A stretch of 64,000 nucleotides of DNA, from positions 96,001 through 160,000 of the forward strand of contig CAVYXJ010000007.1 in the NCBI GenBank assembly GCA_963772455.1, in the 5' to 3' direction. The stretch is from Candidatus Bathyarchaeota archaeon (GTDB lineage: Archaea; Thermoproteota; Bathyarchaeia; Bathyarchaeales; Bathycorpusculaceae). The notes beneath the pieces were generated by a model. That model had not been told where the DNA came from. It did not search any database and was given only the letters and a program-made list of their open reading frames with translations. Position numbers and translations under genes: made by a program. Positions 29,210-39,356 of the stretch are shown in pieces. Every line of letters starts with the position of its first letter. Position 1 is the stretch's first letter.

Positions 29210-30255
29210 TGCCCAAACTGTTCTTTTTGTTATCAGGCGAGAACGAGTCTATGCCTGCCGCTGAAGTAAAAGCCATTTTGGAAGCGGAAGGCTACAGCTA
29301 TGAGTGCATTTCAGAGTTTGACCAGATTCTAAGGTTGGAAGCAGAATTAGAAAGTGTGCAAGCCGTGCAGATTCGCTCGGCATATACACGATTTAGCGCT
29401 TTGGAACTTTTTGTTTCAGATGCAACCAATGTAGCCATAGCCAAAGCTGCAGCGGAAACAGATTTCAAAGCCATCGTCAAACCCGGAGAAAGTTTTGTTG
29501 TTCGAATTAATCGCATAAGAAATTATGCCGACCAAGCCATAAACACCATGGATCTTGAAAGCAAACTAGGCAAACAAATCCTAAACAGCACTGAAGGCAC
29601 CAAAGTCAGTCTGAAAAATCCAGATAAAACATTTATTGGAATAATAACAGATGAAAAATTGGTTTTAGGTTTAAAATTAACTGATATAACCAGCAAGACC
29701 TTCTCTGAACGCCGTCCACGAAAAAAACCCTTCTTTCATCCATCCGCGATGCCGTCAAAGATGGCGCGTTGCATGGTTAATCTAGCACATGGTAAAGCTG
29801 AATCACTAGTTTTGGATCCGTTCTGCGGAACAGGCACATCCCTCATTGAAGCCAGTTACATCGGCTGCCGTGCAGTCGGAGTAGATGCCCAGAAACGAAT
29901 GATTTTGGGTACAAGAAAAAATTTACGTTTCTTTAACATCTCTGCAGAAGGACTGATACTTGCGGATTCGCGGAAACCTCCGTTCTTCAAGGTTGATTGC
30001 GTCATAACTGACCCTCCGTACGGACGTTCATCAAGCACACTAAAATCGACCACCGAACAACTAGTTAAAGATGTTTTAGCTTCTTCGATGGAATTGCTGG
30101 GAATTGGACAAAGAATTTGTATAGCCTCCCCTAAAACATTAAACATAACGCATTTAGGAACAGAACTTGGTTATCGACATGTGGAATCCCATTTTGCATA
30201 TATTCATCAGTCCCTAACGAGGGAAATTGCAGTATTCGAAAAGGTGATAGCATGA
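29209..30255 (+). CDS. tRNA (guanine-10-N2)-methyltransferase Trm11/TrmG10 (THUMP + MTase)
   Basis: LSGE, RPRKKPFFHP, LDPFCGTG, TDPPYG. Confidence 0.92.
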   Translation: MPKLFFLLSGENESMPAAEVKAILEAEGYSYECISEFDQILRLEAELESVQAVQIRSAYTRFSALELFVSDATNVAIAKAAAETDFKAIVKPGESFVVRINRIRNYADQAINTMDLESKLGKQILNSTEGTKVSLKNPDKTFIGIITDEKLVLGLKLTDITSKTFSERRPRKKPFFHPSAMPSKMARCMVNLAHGKAESLVLDPFCGTGTSLIEASYIGCRAVGVDAQKRMILGTRKNLRFFNISAEGLILADSRKPPFFKVDCVITDPPYGRSSSTLKSTTEQLVKDVLASSMELLGIGQRICIASPKTLNITHLGTELGYRHVESHFAYIHQSLTREIAVFEKVIA

Positions 30256-31172
30256 GTTTACGGATTGTGTTTTTGGGAACAAGCGGAAGCGTACCAACTT
30301 TAAAGCGCAGTTTACCTTCCGTAGTGGTACAATGTCCTCGGGATCAGTGGATGTTTGATTGCGGCGAAAACGTCCAACGCCAAATGATGCAAGCAAAAGT
30401 TAGTTTCCACCGAAAAATGAAGATTTTCATCACCCACTTGCACGGCGACCACGTGTTGGGTTTGCCAGGACTCTTACAAACTATGGCGCTAATGGATCGC
30501 AAAGAATCAGTTCAGATTTACGGTCCAAAAGGACTCAAAGAGTTCTTGGTCTGCACAAAAGAAACACTCAACTTCGGCTTAAATTACCCCGTTGAAATCA
30601 ACCAAATCATCTCAGAAGGTGTTGTTAGCGACCAAGAAGAATACATGGTTTTGGCAATCAAATCTAACCATGCAGTAGAGAGTTATGCTTATTCTTTTTT
30701 AGAGAAACCGCGTCCGGGCAAGTTTTATCCTAAAAAAGCTTTGGCGCTGGGTGTTGCGGCTGGTGAGTTATGGTCTAAGCTGCAAAAAGGTGAAGAAATC
30801 ACTTTATCAGATGGTAAGAAGATCAAGCCAAGCGATGTGATGGGTCCTCTTAGGGCTGGTCGTAAAATCGTTTACACAGGCGACACCAAACCTTTTGATT
30901 CCTTCGCGGGGTTTGCTGAGGGCGCTGATTTGGTTATTCATGATTGCACTTTTGATGATTCGTTGATTGAGAAGGCAGGTCTGGATGGGCATTCAACACC
31001 AAGTCAAGCTGCTGGGCAAGCAAAGGCAGCTGGAGCAAAACAGCTTGTATTGTCACATATCAGCGCTCGATACCCAAATGCAGAGCTGCTTTTAGAACAA
31101 GCAAAAAAAACTTTTGCAAACAGTGTACTTGCAGAAGATTTTATGGAGCTGGAGTTACCCTTAAGCGAGTAG
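30252..31172 (+). CDS. rnz: Ribonuclease Z
   Basis: LGT...P..R, DCGE, HLHGDH, exosite, TGDT, HST, HISARY. Confidence 0.97.
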   Translation: MSLRIVFLGTSGSVPTLKRSLPSVVVQCPRDQWMFDCGENVQRQMMQAKVSFHRKMKIFITHLHGDHVLGLPGLLQTMALMDRKESVQIYGPKGLKEFLVCTKETLNFGLNYPVEINQIISEGVVSDQEEYMVLAIKSNHAVESYAYSFLEKPRPGKFYPKKALALGVAAGELWSKLQKGEEITLSDGKKIKPSDVMGPLRAGRKIVYTGDTKPFDSFAGFAEGADLVIHDCTFDDSLIEKAGLDGHSTPSQAAGQAKAAGAKQLVLSHISARYPNAELLLEQAKKTFANSVLAEDFMELELPLSE

Positions 31173-31943
31173 ATGCTTTAGTTTCTGAATGCTCTCAGAA
31201 ACATTATTCATAGATTCAACAATCACTTTTTTGTCATAGTCGTTTTTCTTAAGAGTCTCTGCAAACCAGTTCCAATCGATGTTGCCACCTCCAACACCGT
31301 TGTGCTGGTCATCACTGCCGTCGTTGTCGCTAGCATGGATATGAGTAATTTTGTCAGCAAGCAAGTTGAAGAAAGGTTGGATTTGCCCTTCAAGGTTAGC
31401 ATGTCCAAGATCCATAGTAATGCCGATTGGCAGATTAGTCTCTTTATACATTCGCATAAATTCTTCAGGCGTATTCATCAAAAACCAGTATTTGGCCGGT
31501 AAATTTTCCATGGCAATGTTTACGCCGTATTCTTCTGAGACCTTGTAAAGTTCTTGGATGCTTTGGCACATCTGTTTGAAGTCAGCTCCTGGATAAAATT
31601 GACCTATTCCTGTGCGTTGACCGGGGTGAAAGACCCATAGTTTAGCATCCATTTCATTGGCGTTTTGGAGTGATTGTTTGAGTCGTTTTAACGAAGCGTT
31701 CAACATCGGTTTGACAGGAGAAGCTATGTTGATGTCGGCAAACGGTGCATGCAAAGAATATTCTAAGCTGTATGATTTTGCTGTCTCTTTGAGAGTTGCG
31801 ATGCGGATTTTGTTCAAGTCATATGTACCATCATCCAAAATCTCAATGTACTTAGTATTCATGGCGCCTAATCGCTTAACCATGCGGTTAAATGGCTCGC
31901 CAAGACAGTAAAGCATTGAAACGCCAACTTTCGTTTTAGACAT
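31161..31943 (-). CDS. Xylose-isomerase-like TIM-barrel (AP_endonuc_2) metalloenzyme
   Basis: LHAP, FHPG, MENL, DLGHA, HIHASDN..D.H, ES. Confidence 0.88.
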   Translation of the reverse strand: MSKTKVGVSMLYCLGEPFNRMVKRLGAMNTKYIEILDDGTYDLNKIRIATLKETAKSYSLEYSLHAPFADINIASPVKPMLNASLKRLKQSLQNANEMDAKLWVFHPGQRTGIGQFYPGADFKQMCQSIQELYKVSEEYGVNIAMENLPAKYWFLMNTPEEFMRMYKETNLPIGITMDLGHANLEGQIQPFFNLLADKITHIHASDNDGSDDQHNGVGGGNIDWNWFAETLKKNDYDKKVIVESMNNVSESIQKLKHLLA

Positions 31944-32188
31944 ACTAGATCCTCGTAATTGGAATGTTGTGGTTGTACTATCAGATAAAGACTTTCCAAT
32001 TGAATATAAGAAAAGGCATTTTTGTGATTAGACATTTTGAGAAACATGCAAGAAGTATATTGTAAGTTATTTAGTTAAGTGTAAACATATAACTTTCTTT
32101 TTTTTTATTTTTTATAACCCTAAAAAATGTCAGACTAATTCAATCCCTTTGTGAAAGTTTCATAAATAATCATTTGAAAATCACCAGA

Positions 32189-32698
32189 TTATTTGAACAG
32201 CTGCCTCCCCCATTGTTTTTGGTCATTACCTCGAGTAGTCTTGAATTGAATCTGCCTCACGCCTAATGCGAGTTCTGCGAATTCTTTTATGGTTGTGTAT
32301 CGAAAATCCCATGTTGGAGTTCCATAGCGCAAACCGTTGCAAATATCGTCTCCGTAAACGTACAGACGCATTCCATGATAGTCATATGCAGCTTGGTGAG
32401 GGTCGCCGTATTTAGGCTCGGATAACACTTTAAACGGCCAAATTTTGCATGCTTCAGGCTTAATGCTTTGCAAGCCACAGAAGTATGTTTTTGATTTGTT
32501 GCAAAGAAAACTGCAAGAACCGTCACTCGTGCGTTTAATGTAGAGGTGATCTAAGCCTGTTACGGTAGTCTGTGAGCCAAAAGATTTGGCGATGTTTAAC
32601 CATTCTTTGAAGCCTAAAACAACACTGTAGAGTTTGCAACAGTAACCGCATGCTTTGCAACGCCAATCAGCTATATTTTGCCATGGAACATATTGCAT
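32189..32698 (-). CDS. YkgJ-family cysteine-cluster protein
   Basis: CKACGYCC, CSFL, CGL...KPEACKIWPF; ATG at 32698. Confidence 0.85.
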   Translation of the reverse strand: MQYVPWQNIADWRCKACGYCCKLYSVVLGFKEWLNIAKSFGSQTTVTGLDHLYIKRTSDGSCSFLCNKSKTYFCGLQSIKPEACKIWPFKVLSEPKYGDPHQAAYDYHGMRLYVYGDDICNGLRYGTPTWDFRYTTIKEFAELALGVRQIQFKTTRGNDQKQWGRQLFK

Positions 32699-32772
32699 TA
32701 TTGTGGTACACTCTTTGTGAACCAAAAAAACATCAGAAGATTAAATTCTTTTCCAGCAAACAAAAGAGAAAA

Positions 32773-33249
32773 CTACGGTTTTTTGTAGAGGTAAATCGTA
32801 TGTGAAGGATACCCTAATTGAGGGTTTTCACAGAAATTTTCAACTTTAGCCGGTCGCCAACCAATAATCTCGTAATCGTGAGAAACCACACGTGCACCCT
32901 TTTTGAGGTCACGCTCTAGATTAGGTTTTATTTTTTCGTTGGCGCTTGTCGTCAAATAAAGGTAAACCACGTCGGCTGAAGTCAAGTTCACATTAAACAT
33001 GTCATCATTCATGATGGTTACCCTATCATCAAGTCCATTTTCATGAATGTTGCCCATTGCTTTCTTTGCTAAATCTTCACGCAATTCAATACCGACACCG
33101 CGTGCACCAAAAGTCTTCGCCGCCATAATAACAGTTCTGCCATCGCCAGAACCCATGTCAAAGAGGACTTCACCAGCTTTCAAGTCAGCCAATTTAAGCA
33201 TATATTCTACGACGGTTTGTGGGCTAGGAACAAAGGGCGCAATAAACAT
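32773..33249 (-). CDS. Protein-lysine methyltransferase, aKMT/FAM173-like
   Basis: PFVPSP, DMGSGDGR, KIKPNLE, RVVSHD, HTIYLY; same pattern as crenarchaeal aKMT. Confidence 0.85.
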   Translation of the reverse strand: MFIAPFVPSPQTVVEYMLKLADLKAGEVLFDMGSGDGRTVIMAAKTFGARGVGIELREDLAKKAMGNIHENGLDDRVTIMNDDMFNVNLTSADVVYLYLTTSANEKIKPNLERDLKKGARVVSHDYEIIGWRPAKVENFCENPQLGYPSHTIYLYKKP

Positions 33250-33291
33250 TTTCAGTTTTTCCTTCTTTTCAAAAGAGGGGAATTCATGTTG

Positions 33292-33618
33292 TTATGCCAC
33301 ATAAGCATCTTTTTTTGGCTGAGGTCTTTTTGCTTCTCCACATTTAACGCAACTTTGAGCGCATAAGTCGAGATATTTTTCTTCATCTGCTTTACCAACA
33401 GCACTCGCAGCTTTTATGCACATTTCGCTGGGTTCTGTGCAACCTTCTTCTTTGCATAGTTTTGAGATGTATTGGCAAACGTCTTGCACGTCTTTAGGTT
33501 CTAGAACTGCCCTATTAGTGCGAACAAGCAAACAAAGTTCCCTAGCCATAACACAGGTTTTAACGTACTTAATTCGTTCCAAAACTTCGTTGCGTAGATT
33601 CTTTCGACTTATTTCCAA
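33292..33618 (-). CDS. Cys-rich helical hypothetical protein
   Basis: 108 aa with 9 Cys; co-oriented between lhr and aKMT. Confidence 0.75.
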   Translation of the reverse strand: MEISRKNLRNEVLERIKYVKTCVMARELCLLVRTNRAVLEPKDVQDVCQYISKLCKEEGCTEPSEMCIKAASAVGKADEEKYLDLCAQSCVKCGEAKRPQPKKDAYVA

Positions 33619-33731
33619 ACTTTTTTCCCCTGTGAGCCAGATGAACAGATAGCAAAACTAAGAAGCTTTAAGCTTAAAAGCTTGACGTATTACCAGTTAA
33701 TAGGACCACCACAAAACAAAGTGGATAGTTC

Positions 33732-36608
33732 TTATCTGAATCGTTTAGTAAGCACCTTACGTTCAGCTTCTAAGACTAATTCATAAAATTTATCCGATAG
33801 CTTGGGTTCTCTCTCCAAAACCAAAACGACATCAGCTGCTGAAACTCTTCTTGCACTCAATGCCACCGCTGCAGGCTTACCGTACTTTTCAATTAAAACG
33901 GCAGATTGTTTCGCGTGCAGTTGCATCTTCTCCTCGTTCTTAGCCAACTTTTCACCCCTTTTTTCAACAAGTCCCATAGCTTTCTCCTCATCAACTTTCA
34001 ACATTCCAATGGCAAAAGATCCACACCGCGGGCACTTAGGTTTGTCAGGGAGATCTTTAATGCGAATCATCTCCATGTAGTCCCAACAACTTGCACATAC
34101 AAAGTTGCCTGTCTCGTTCAACAGCCTTGCCTTGGCAGATTCTACTAGGACTGCGCGCATTTGCTCGGGTGGGATAAGGTCTGTCTTCATACTTACCCGT
34201 TCAATTCCAACTCTAGCTACCGGTGTCGCGTTGCCGCCTGTTTGAACTGCCTGTAGCCGAACATCACAGTTGCGAAGCCGTCCTAATACCATGACAAGCC
34301 CATCCCCGTCGATATCTTTTGAAAAAACCTCTTTGAGCCCCTCTTCGTAAATTGGGGTTCCTTCAAAACTTGTAATCAATTTTTGGATGCTTACGTTACT
34401 AAAGTCAGCCCACTTCTTTAATGCCCCAAAACGCCTAGCTACTTGAATAACTCGTCGTTTGAATAACCCTGTTTTGACTGTTGAAATTGTGAGTGTGTTT
34501 CGGATTACTTGTTCACTCATGCATTGTACCTCTTTTACGACTTCAACAAGTCTCTCTGCAGTCATTGCGCCCATTGTTTGAACGAAAATGCGGTATGGAT
34601 CATGCTGCACAACTATGCCACGGCCGAGTTTATCAGATAAAACTTGTCCTAAAAGTTGGGCCAAGGCTCGGTTAATAAGTGATCCAAAATTTGAATGGAC
34701 TATAACGAATTCGCTCCAATCCTCTACCACAATTCGTTTGGGTGTAGGCACTGGAAAGCCACTGTGCACTTGCTCCAAGGTCTCTTCTAACGCATGCTGA
34801 ATTGTTTCTTTATCCGCAGGGTAACGCTCAGAAAGTAATTTACTAATCTGTTCGCCCGAATAGCCACTTTGTGATTTCTCCTCTACAAACCCGCGGATTT
34901 CGGCCAGTTCCTGGGCAATTTCATAAGGAACAGGTATTTCTTCGCCTATCCAACTTGGTATCGAGCCTGTTGGATCGTCAACTGGGCGAACGTAAACTTT
35001 GTCTTCGGTTGTATGGATTATTTGCCATGGGCTGCCACGGATGATAAACTTTGTACCTGGCTTGCCATACTCCGCCATGAAAGCTTCATCTAACACACCG
35101 ATGGAACAATCCATTGACTCATCAATTACAAGGAACTGTTTCTCTTCTGGAATCATGGATAAATTGTCAAAATAATATTCATACAACGCCTTTGTCCGCT
35201 GTGGTCTTAAAACCACTTGGTCCTCAAACGATGCCCAAGCTAAACGGGGAAAACGATTATGCATGTACTTGAGAATTTTCTCCACGTCAGCCAATGTCAG
35301 GTTTTGATATGGTGAAGCGTTCTGTGCAAACAATAAAATTTCGTTGAAGGCTAAGCGTCGATTTTTTAGAAGCAATCCTGCGATTTGATGAGCTAAAACA
35401 TCGTAGGGTTTGTCAGGAATCTGCATTGGCTCAAGCTCTTCCGCCAAAGCACGACGGGCAATAACTAAGGCCTCCAGGGTATCATCAGAATCCATCCCAA
35501 TAATAATTCCTTCAGACAAATCACCATAAGTGTGTCCAGCTCTACCAACCCGCTGGATTAAACGCGAAACCTGCCTTGGACTCATGTACTGAATCACAAG
35601 GTCTATTGCTCCGACATCTATCCCGAGTTCAAGACTGCTAGTGGCTATTAGTCCTTTTAGAGCTCCTTTTTTAAGTCCTGTTTCTGCGGCAAGGCGCGAA
35701 GGTTTCGTTAAAGAACCATGATGAATGGAAACTGGAAAATCTGCATCCCACACTTTGAAACGTGAAGCCAAGACCTCAGAAACTGAACGTGTGTTGGTGA
35801 AAAGGAGAACAGATTTGCGTTTAGTCATGTAGTCTCGGATAATGCGTAATCTTGATGCTACCTCTGGATGGGTGTATATTTTTGAAGCGAATTGGGCATC
35901 CTCTTCGCTTGGTCTTGGATAGATAACTTGCAGCTTCACCATTTTAGCAACTGGCACTCGGATGATTTCGACAGATCGTTTATTGCCGACAAGGAATTGA
36001 GCAACTTTCTCTGGGCTACCAACTGTGGCAGATAACCCGATCATTTGGAAGTCTTTGCCGATTAAATCTCTGATGCGCTCAAGCGCTAAGGATAATTGGC
36101 TTCCACGTTTACTGTCGGCTAACTCATGAACTTCATCAATCACTATCCATCGAAGGCTCTGCAGACTCTGACGTAGCAGCCAACCTGTAAGTATGGCTTG
36201 CAAGGTTTCAGGAGTTGTTATTAGAATGTCTGGAGGACATTGGGATTGACGAGTTCTCTCTTTAGTCTCAGTGTCGCCATGCCTTACAGCCAATTTGATG
36301 TCTAGGTTGTTGCACCACCATTGCAACCTTTCAAGCAAATCTCGATTTAAAGCCCGAAGCGGCGTAATATACAAAACTTTTATGCCCGGTGTCTTGGGCA
36401 GCTGCATCAGCATACTTAAAATAGGTAAAAAAGCAGCTTCCGTTTTTCCAGTCGCTGTAGGCGAGATCAATAGAACATTTTTGCCTTCAAGTATTTTCGG
36501 GATAGTTTTTTCTTGAGGATCGGTGGGTTTAGCAAATCCTTTCTGCAAAACGAGCCTTCGAACTGGCTTAACGAGCATTTCAAAAGCGTTATCAGAAGTG
36601 GATTGCAA
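33732..36608 (-). CDS. lhr: Lhr-family SF2 helicase with C-terminal Zn finger
   Basis: PTATGKT, PLRALN, TTPE, DEVH, SAT, HHGS, SSLELGID, QRVGRAGH; CASC/CPRC. Confidence 0.95.
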   Translation of the reverse strand: MQSTSDNAFEMLVKPVRRLVLQKGFAKPTDPQEKTIPKILEGKNVLLISPTATGKTEAAFLPILSMLMQLPKTPGIKVLYITPLRALNRDLLERLQWWCNNLDIKLAVRHGDTETKERTRQSQCPPDILITTPETLQAILTGWLLRQSLQSLRWIVIDEVHELADSKRGSQLSLALERIRDLIGKDFQMIGLSATVGSPEKVAQFLVGNKRSVEIIRVPVAKMVKLQVIYPRPSEEDAQFASKIYTHPEVASRLRIIRDYMTKRKSVLLFTNTRSVSEVLASRFKVWDADFPVSIHHGSLTKPSRLAAETGLKKGALKGLIATSSLELGIDVGAIDLVIQYMSPRQVSRLIQRVGRAGHTYGDLSEGIIIGMDSDDTLEALVIARRALAEELEPMQIPDKPYDVLAHQIAGLLLKNRRLAFNEILLFAQNASPYQNLTLADVEKILKYMHNRFPRLAWASFEDQVVLRPQRTKALYEYYFDNLSMIPEEKQFLVIDESMDCSIGVLDEAFMAEYGKPGTKFIIRGSPWQIIHTTEDKVYVRPVDDPTGSIPSWIGEEIPVPYEIAQELAEIRGFVEEKSQSGYSGEQISKLLSERYPADKETIQHALEETLEQVHSGFPVPTPKRIVVEDWSEFVIVHSNFGSLINRALAQLLGQVLSDKLGRGIVVQHDPYRIFVQTMGAMTAERLVEVVKEVQCMSEQVIRNTLTISTVKTGLFKRRVIQVARRFGALKKWADFSNVSIQKLITSFEGTPIYEEGLKEVFSKDIDGDGLVMVLGRLRNCDVRLQAVQTGGNATPVARVGIERVSMKTDLIPPEQMRAVLVESAKARLLNETGNFVCASCWDYMEMIRIKDLPDKPKCPRCGSFAIGMLKVDEEKAMGLVEKRGEKLAKNEEKMQLHAKQSAVLIEKYGKPAAVALSARRVSAADVVLVLEREPKLSDKFYELVLEAERKVLTKRFR

Positions 36609-36911
36609 AATTTAACCTCGACTTTTAAGAGTTAAACTTGGATTCAGCTATAAAAGAAGTTGGGATAAAAATCCACCATTAACACAGGGTTTTAACAATA
36701 TTTTGACTAATTTGTGATTAAATGGCATTTTTCCAATCGAAAATCTAAACATTCATCTGGTGCTTTCGACACTTCTCGTACTGTGCTTGGAAGTAATTGA
36801 CAAAAAAATGTTTAATTACAATGTTGAACGGAAAAATATCTATGGGATTGTTATGGAAAGTTTTTTATTCATTCATGTTAAAGCATGGAAACATCAAGGA
36901 GATAAAATAAA

Positions 36912-37085
36912 ATGGCTAAATGTCCAAAATGTGGTACAGAAGTAGCAAAGCCAAAGAAGTCATGGAAAATGGCCGGTCGCCCAGATAAAGCTGGAAAACG
37001 TATGCAACTAGAAATCGGACTCTACGAATGTCCAACAAAATGTGGCAACGTGTTCCGTGAAGTGCTAAGTAAACAAAAAATTTAA
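36912..37085 (+). CDS. Cren7-like chromatin protein with zinc-ribbon cysteines (57 aa, not in the ORF track)
   Basis: Manual translation MAKCPKCGTEVAKPKKSWKMAGRPDKAGKRMQLEIGLYECPTKCGNVFREVLSKQKI*; P.K.W, IGL(F/Y), G..FR pattern of Cren7; AGGAG SD; T-rich terminator. Confidence 0.85.
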   Translation: MAKCPKCGTEVAKPKKSWKMAGRPDKAGKRMQLEIGLYECPTKCGNVFREVLSKQKI

Positions 37086-37297
37086 CCCTGCGACTACCCA
37101 AAAAAAGCATTCGTATTTGCACTCTTTTTTCTTTTTTTTCCTCAACTTTAAACAGCGAGTTCATCTTTCGTTTAGTCAAAGAAAAGAAAAAAACGGTGAA
37201 ACAAATCAGTAAAACAGCCACTCATAGATGTCTTTATAAACGTAGCCTTTGATAAATGAACAATCAAGAAAGGCGATATTTGCACGAGGGAATTTGA

Positions 37298-37858
37298 ATG
37301 CCAAAAGTTAAAGCTACATTAAGCATTGAAAACGTGGTCGCTTCTGCAACACTTAATCAGAAAGTCGATTTGAACGCTGTCGTTAAAGGTTACCCAGGTG
37401 TAGAATATCGTCCTGAACAGTTTCCAGGATTAGTTTTTCGTTTAAAACGGCCGAAAACGGCGACTTTAATTTTCAGTTCGGGGAAAATGGTTTGTACAGG
37501 CGCTAAATCTGAGAAGGAATCCAAGAGAGCGGTTATGAAAGTAGTTAAGGAACTCAAGAAAGGCGGCATAATTATAATCAGTAAACCCGAAATGAAAATT
37601 CAAAATATAGTGGCTTCAGGTATTTTGGGAGGATTAATTGACTTAGAAAAAGCTGCCTACACTCTGGAGCACGCAATGTATGAGCCTGAACAGTTTCCAG
37701 GCTTGATCTACAGAATGGCGGAGCCGAAAGTTGTTATTCTTCTTTTTGCCAGCGGAAAACTAGTTTGCACTGGGGCAAAAAAAGAACAAGACGTTTATGA
37801 TGCAGTGGAAAAATTGCATACGCTACTTGAAGAAACCGGTTTAATCTTCTACGAATAA
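37298..37858 (+). CDS. tbp: TATA-box binding protein
   Basis: Two repeats NVVAS...Y.PEQFPGL..R...LIF.SGK.VCTGAK. Confidence 0.99.
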   Translation: MPKVKATLSIENVVASATLNQKVDLNAVVKGYPGVEYRPEQFPGLVFRLKRPKTATLIFSSGKMVCTGAKSEKESKRAVMKVVKELKKGGIIIISKPEMKIQNIVASGILGGLIDLEKAAYTLEHAMYEPEQFPGLIYRMAEPKVVILLFASGKLVCTGAKKEQDVYDAVEKLHTLLEETGLIFYE

Positions 37859-37868
37859 TTCACGGTTG

Positions 37869-38498
37869 CTACGTCTTTTTTATTTGTTTTAGAATAGTTT
37901 TTAAGCTTTCATGATCAATGGCATCCATTTCATAGAGCTTTTTTGCAATTTCGCTTATAATAAGTACCGAATGAAGTTTTACTCTGCTTTTTTCAAGAAG
38001 TTCTTTTCCGCCTTCTTCGCGGTCCATGAAAACAACCGCTTCAGAAACGACGCCTCCTTCAGCTCTTACTGCGTCAGCAGACTCTTTGAGGCTTATACCT
38101 GTTGTGATTAAATCGTCAATTAGTAAAACCTTGTCTCCTGAAGCCAAGACGCCTTCAACCCTTCGTTCTCTGCCGCTTAAGTGAATGCCTTTGCGAACGT
38201 AAATGAAAGGCTTGTTGAGGTTATAGGCGATTTGAGATGCAAAAGGAATTCCAGCTATTGGTATCGCAGCGATTCGATCGAAGTTTTTAATCCCAATTTG
38301 ACTAGTAATGTATTGGGCGTAGGATTCGCATATTTCGTGAAATGCATCTGGAAAACTGGGAATTACCCTGAGATCAATATAGTAGGGACTGGCTTTGCCA
38401 CTTGAAAGTTTAAAAACACCAAATTTTACAGCATCAACTTTAAACAGTATGTTAGCCATGCGCTCTTTCGGGGATAAGCTTGTGTTTTGATTTTTCAT
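37869..38498 (-). CDS. pyrE: Orotate phosphoribosyltransferase
   Basis: FKLSSGKASPYYIDLR, YVRK, LIDDLITTG. Confidence 0.95.
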   Translation of the reverse strand: MKNQNTSLSPKERMANILFKVDAVKFGVFKLSSGKASPYYIDLRVIPSFPDAFHEICESYAQYITSQIGIKNFDRIAAIPIAGIPFASQIAYNLNKPFIYVRKGIHLSGRERRVEGVLASGDKVLLIDDLITTGISLKESADAVRAEGGVVSEAVVFMDREEGGKELLEKSRVKLHSVLIISEIAKKLYEMDAIDHESLKTILKQIKKT

Positions 38499-38502
38499 AT
38501 CC

Positions 38503-39192
38503 TCACTTCCTCTTTGAGACCTGATAGATTTTATTTTGTTCAGGAATCAAGCTTGCAGTTCTCGGCAACTCCTTTTTTAACAGTTCCGCAAACTCTTTTT
38601 GGCTTGTAACGGTTGCTGTATGATAAGGTACTGCAACTTGAGGTTTAGTTAACCATGCAATTTCAAAACCTGTCTGCGGAGTTGAACTTGGAGCAATACC
38701 AACTGTGCAGAAAACAACGTCAAACTTTTCTTTTAGCCCAAGCTTAGCTAATTCTGGAAATGGCAAACTATCTGCAGTATGGTAAACTTTGACCTCGTCT
38801 TCACTAGTTATAATGTAGGTTACAGGAGCTTGAGCCGGATGGTTACTTTTTTCAGCTTTTACAGAGACCTCGCCTATTTTGATTTCCATACCTGGCTTAA
38901 TTTCTGTTAGTTTGTCTTTTGGAATTGCAAGTTGGAGCTTCTTGGTTGAAGCAGCGTCAGCGATTATTGTGCAGCCTGTGGCTTTTTGGATTTCAGTTAC
39001 TAAGCGCTGGTCGAGGTGGTCGTAGTGCTCGTGGGTTATCAGGATTGCATCGACGTTTTGAAGAGTTTTAGCTTTAACGTCAACGGGGTCAATGGCAAGC
39101 GTCTTAGATGGAGTTTTTAGAAGTATTCCAGCATAGTTGTTGAGCCATACAAAGAGTATGCTGTTTTTTTCTGGCGTTTTCTGAATGGACAT
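38503..39192 (-). CDS. Metallo-beta-lactamase-fold hydrolase
   Basis: IDP, THEHYDH, YHTAD, PYH. Confidence 0.9.
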   Translation of the reverse strand: MSIQKTPEKNSILFVWLNNYAGILLKTPSKTLAIDPVDVKAKTLQNVDAILITHEHYDHLDQRLVTEIQKATGCTIIADAASTKKLQLAIPKDKLTEIKPGMEIKIGEVSVKAEKSNHPAQAPVTYIITSEDEVKVYHTADSLPFPELAKLGLKEKFDVVFCTVGIAPSSTPQTGFEIAWLTKPQVAVPYHTATVTSQKEFAELLKKELPRTASLIPEQNKIYQVSKRK

Positions 39193-39356
39193 AGCCTTGA
39201 TTCCTCAAGAACTATTATGCAAGCTGCGTTTAAAAGAAGTTGTGTATCCCGACATGAGTAAGTTACAATTTCACTTTTTTCTTTTAAGAATAAAAATTGA
39301 TAAGGCTTAATAGGTTCCTGTGTCGAGTACATGTAAATTAGTTAGCGTGACTCGTC

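Noticed and set aside
36760-37221. Track ORFs 36760-36945(+) and 36916-37221(-)
   Set aside because: Both overlap the better-supported Cren7-like gene at 36912-37085.
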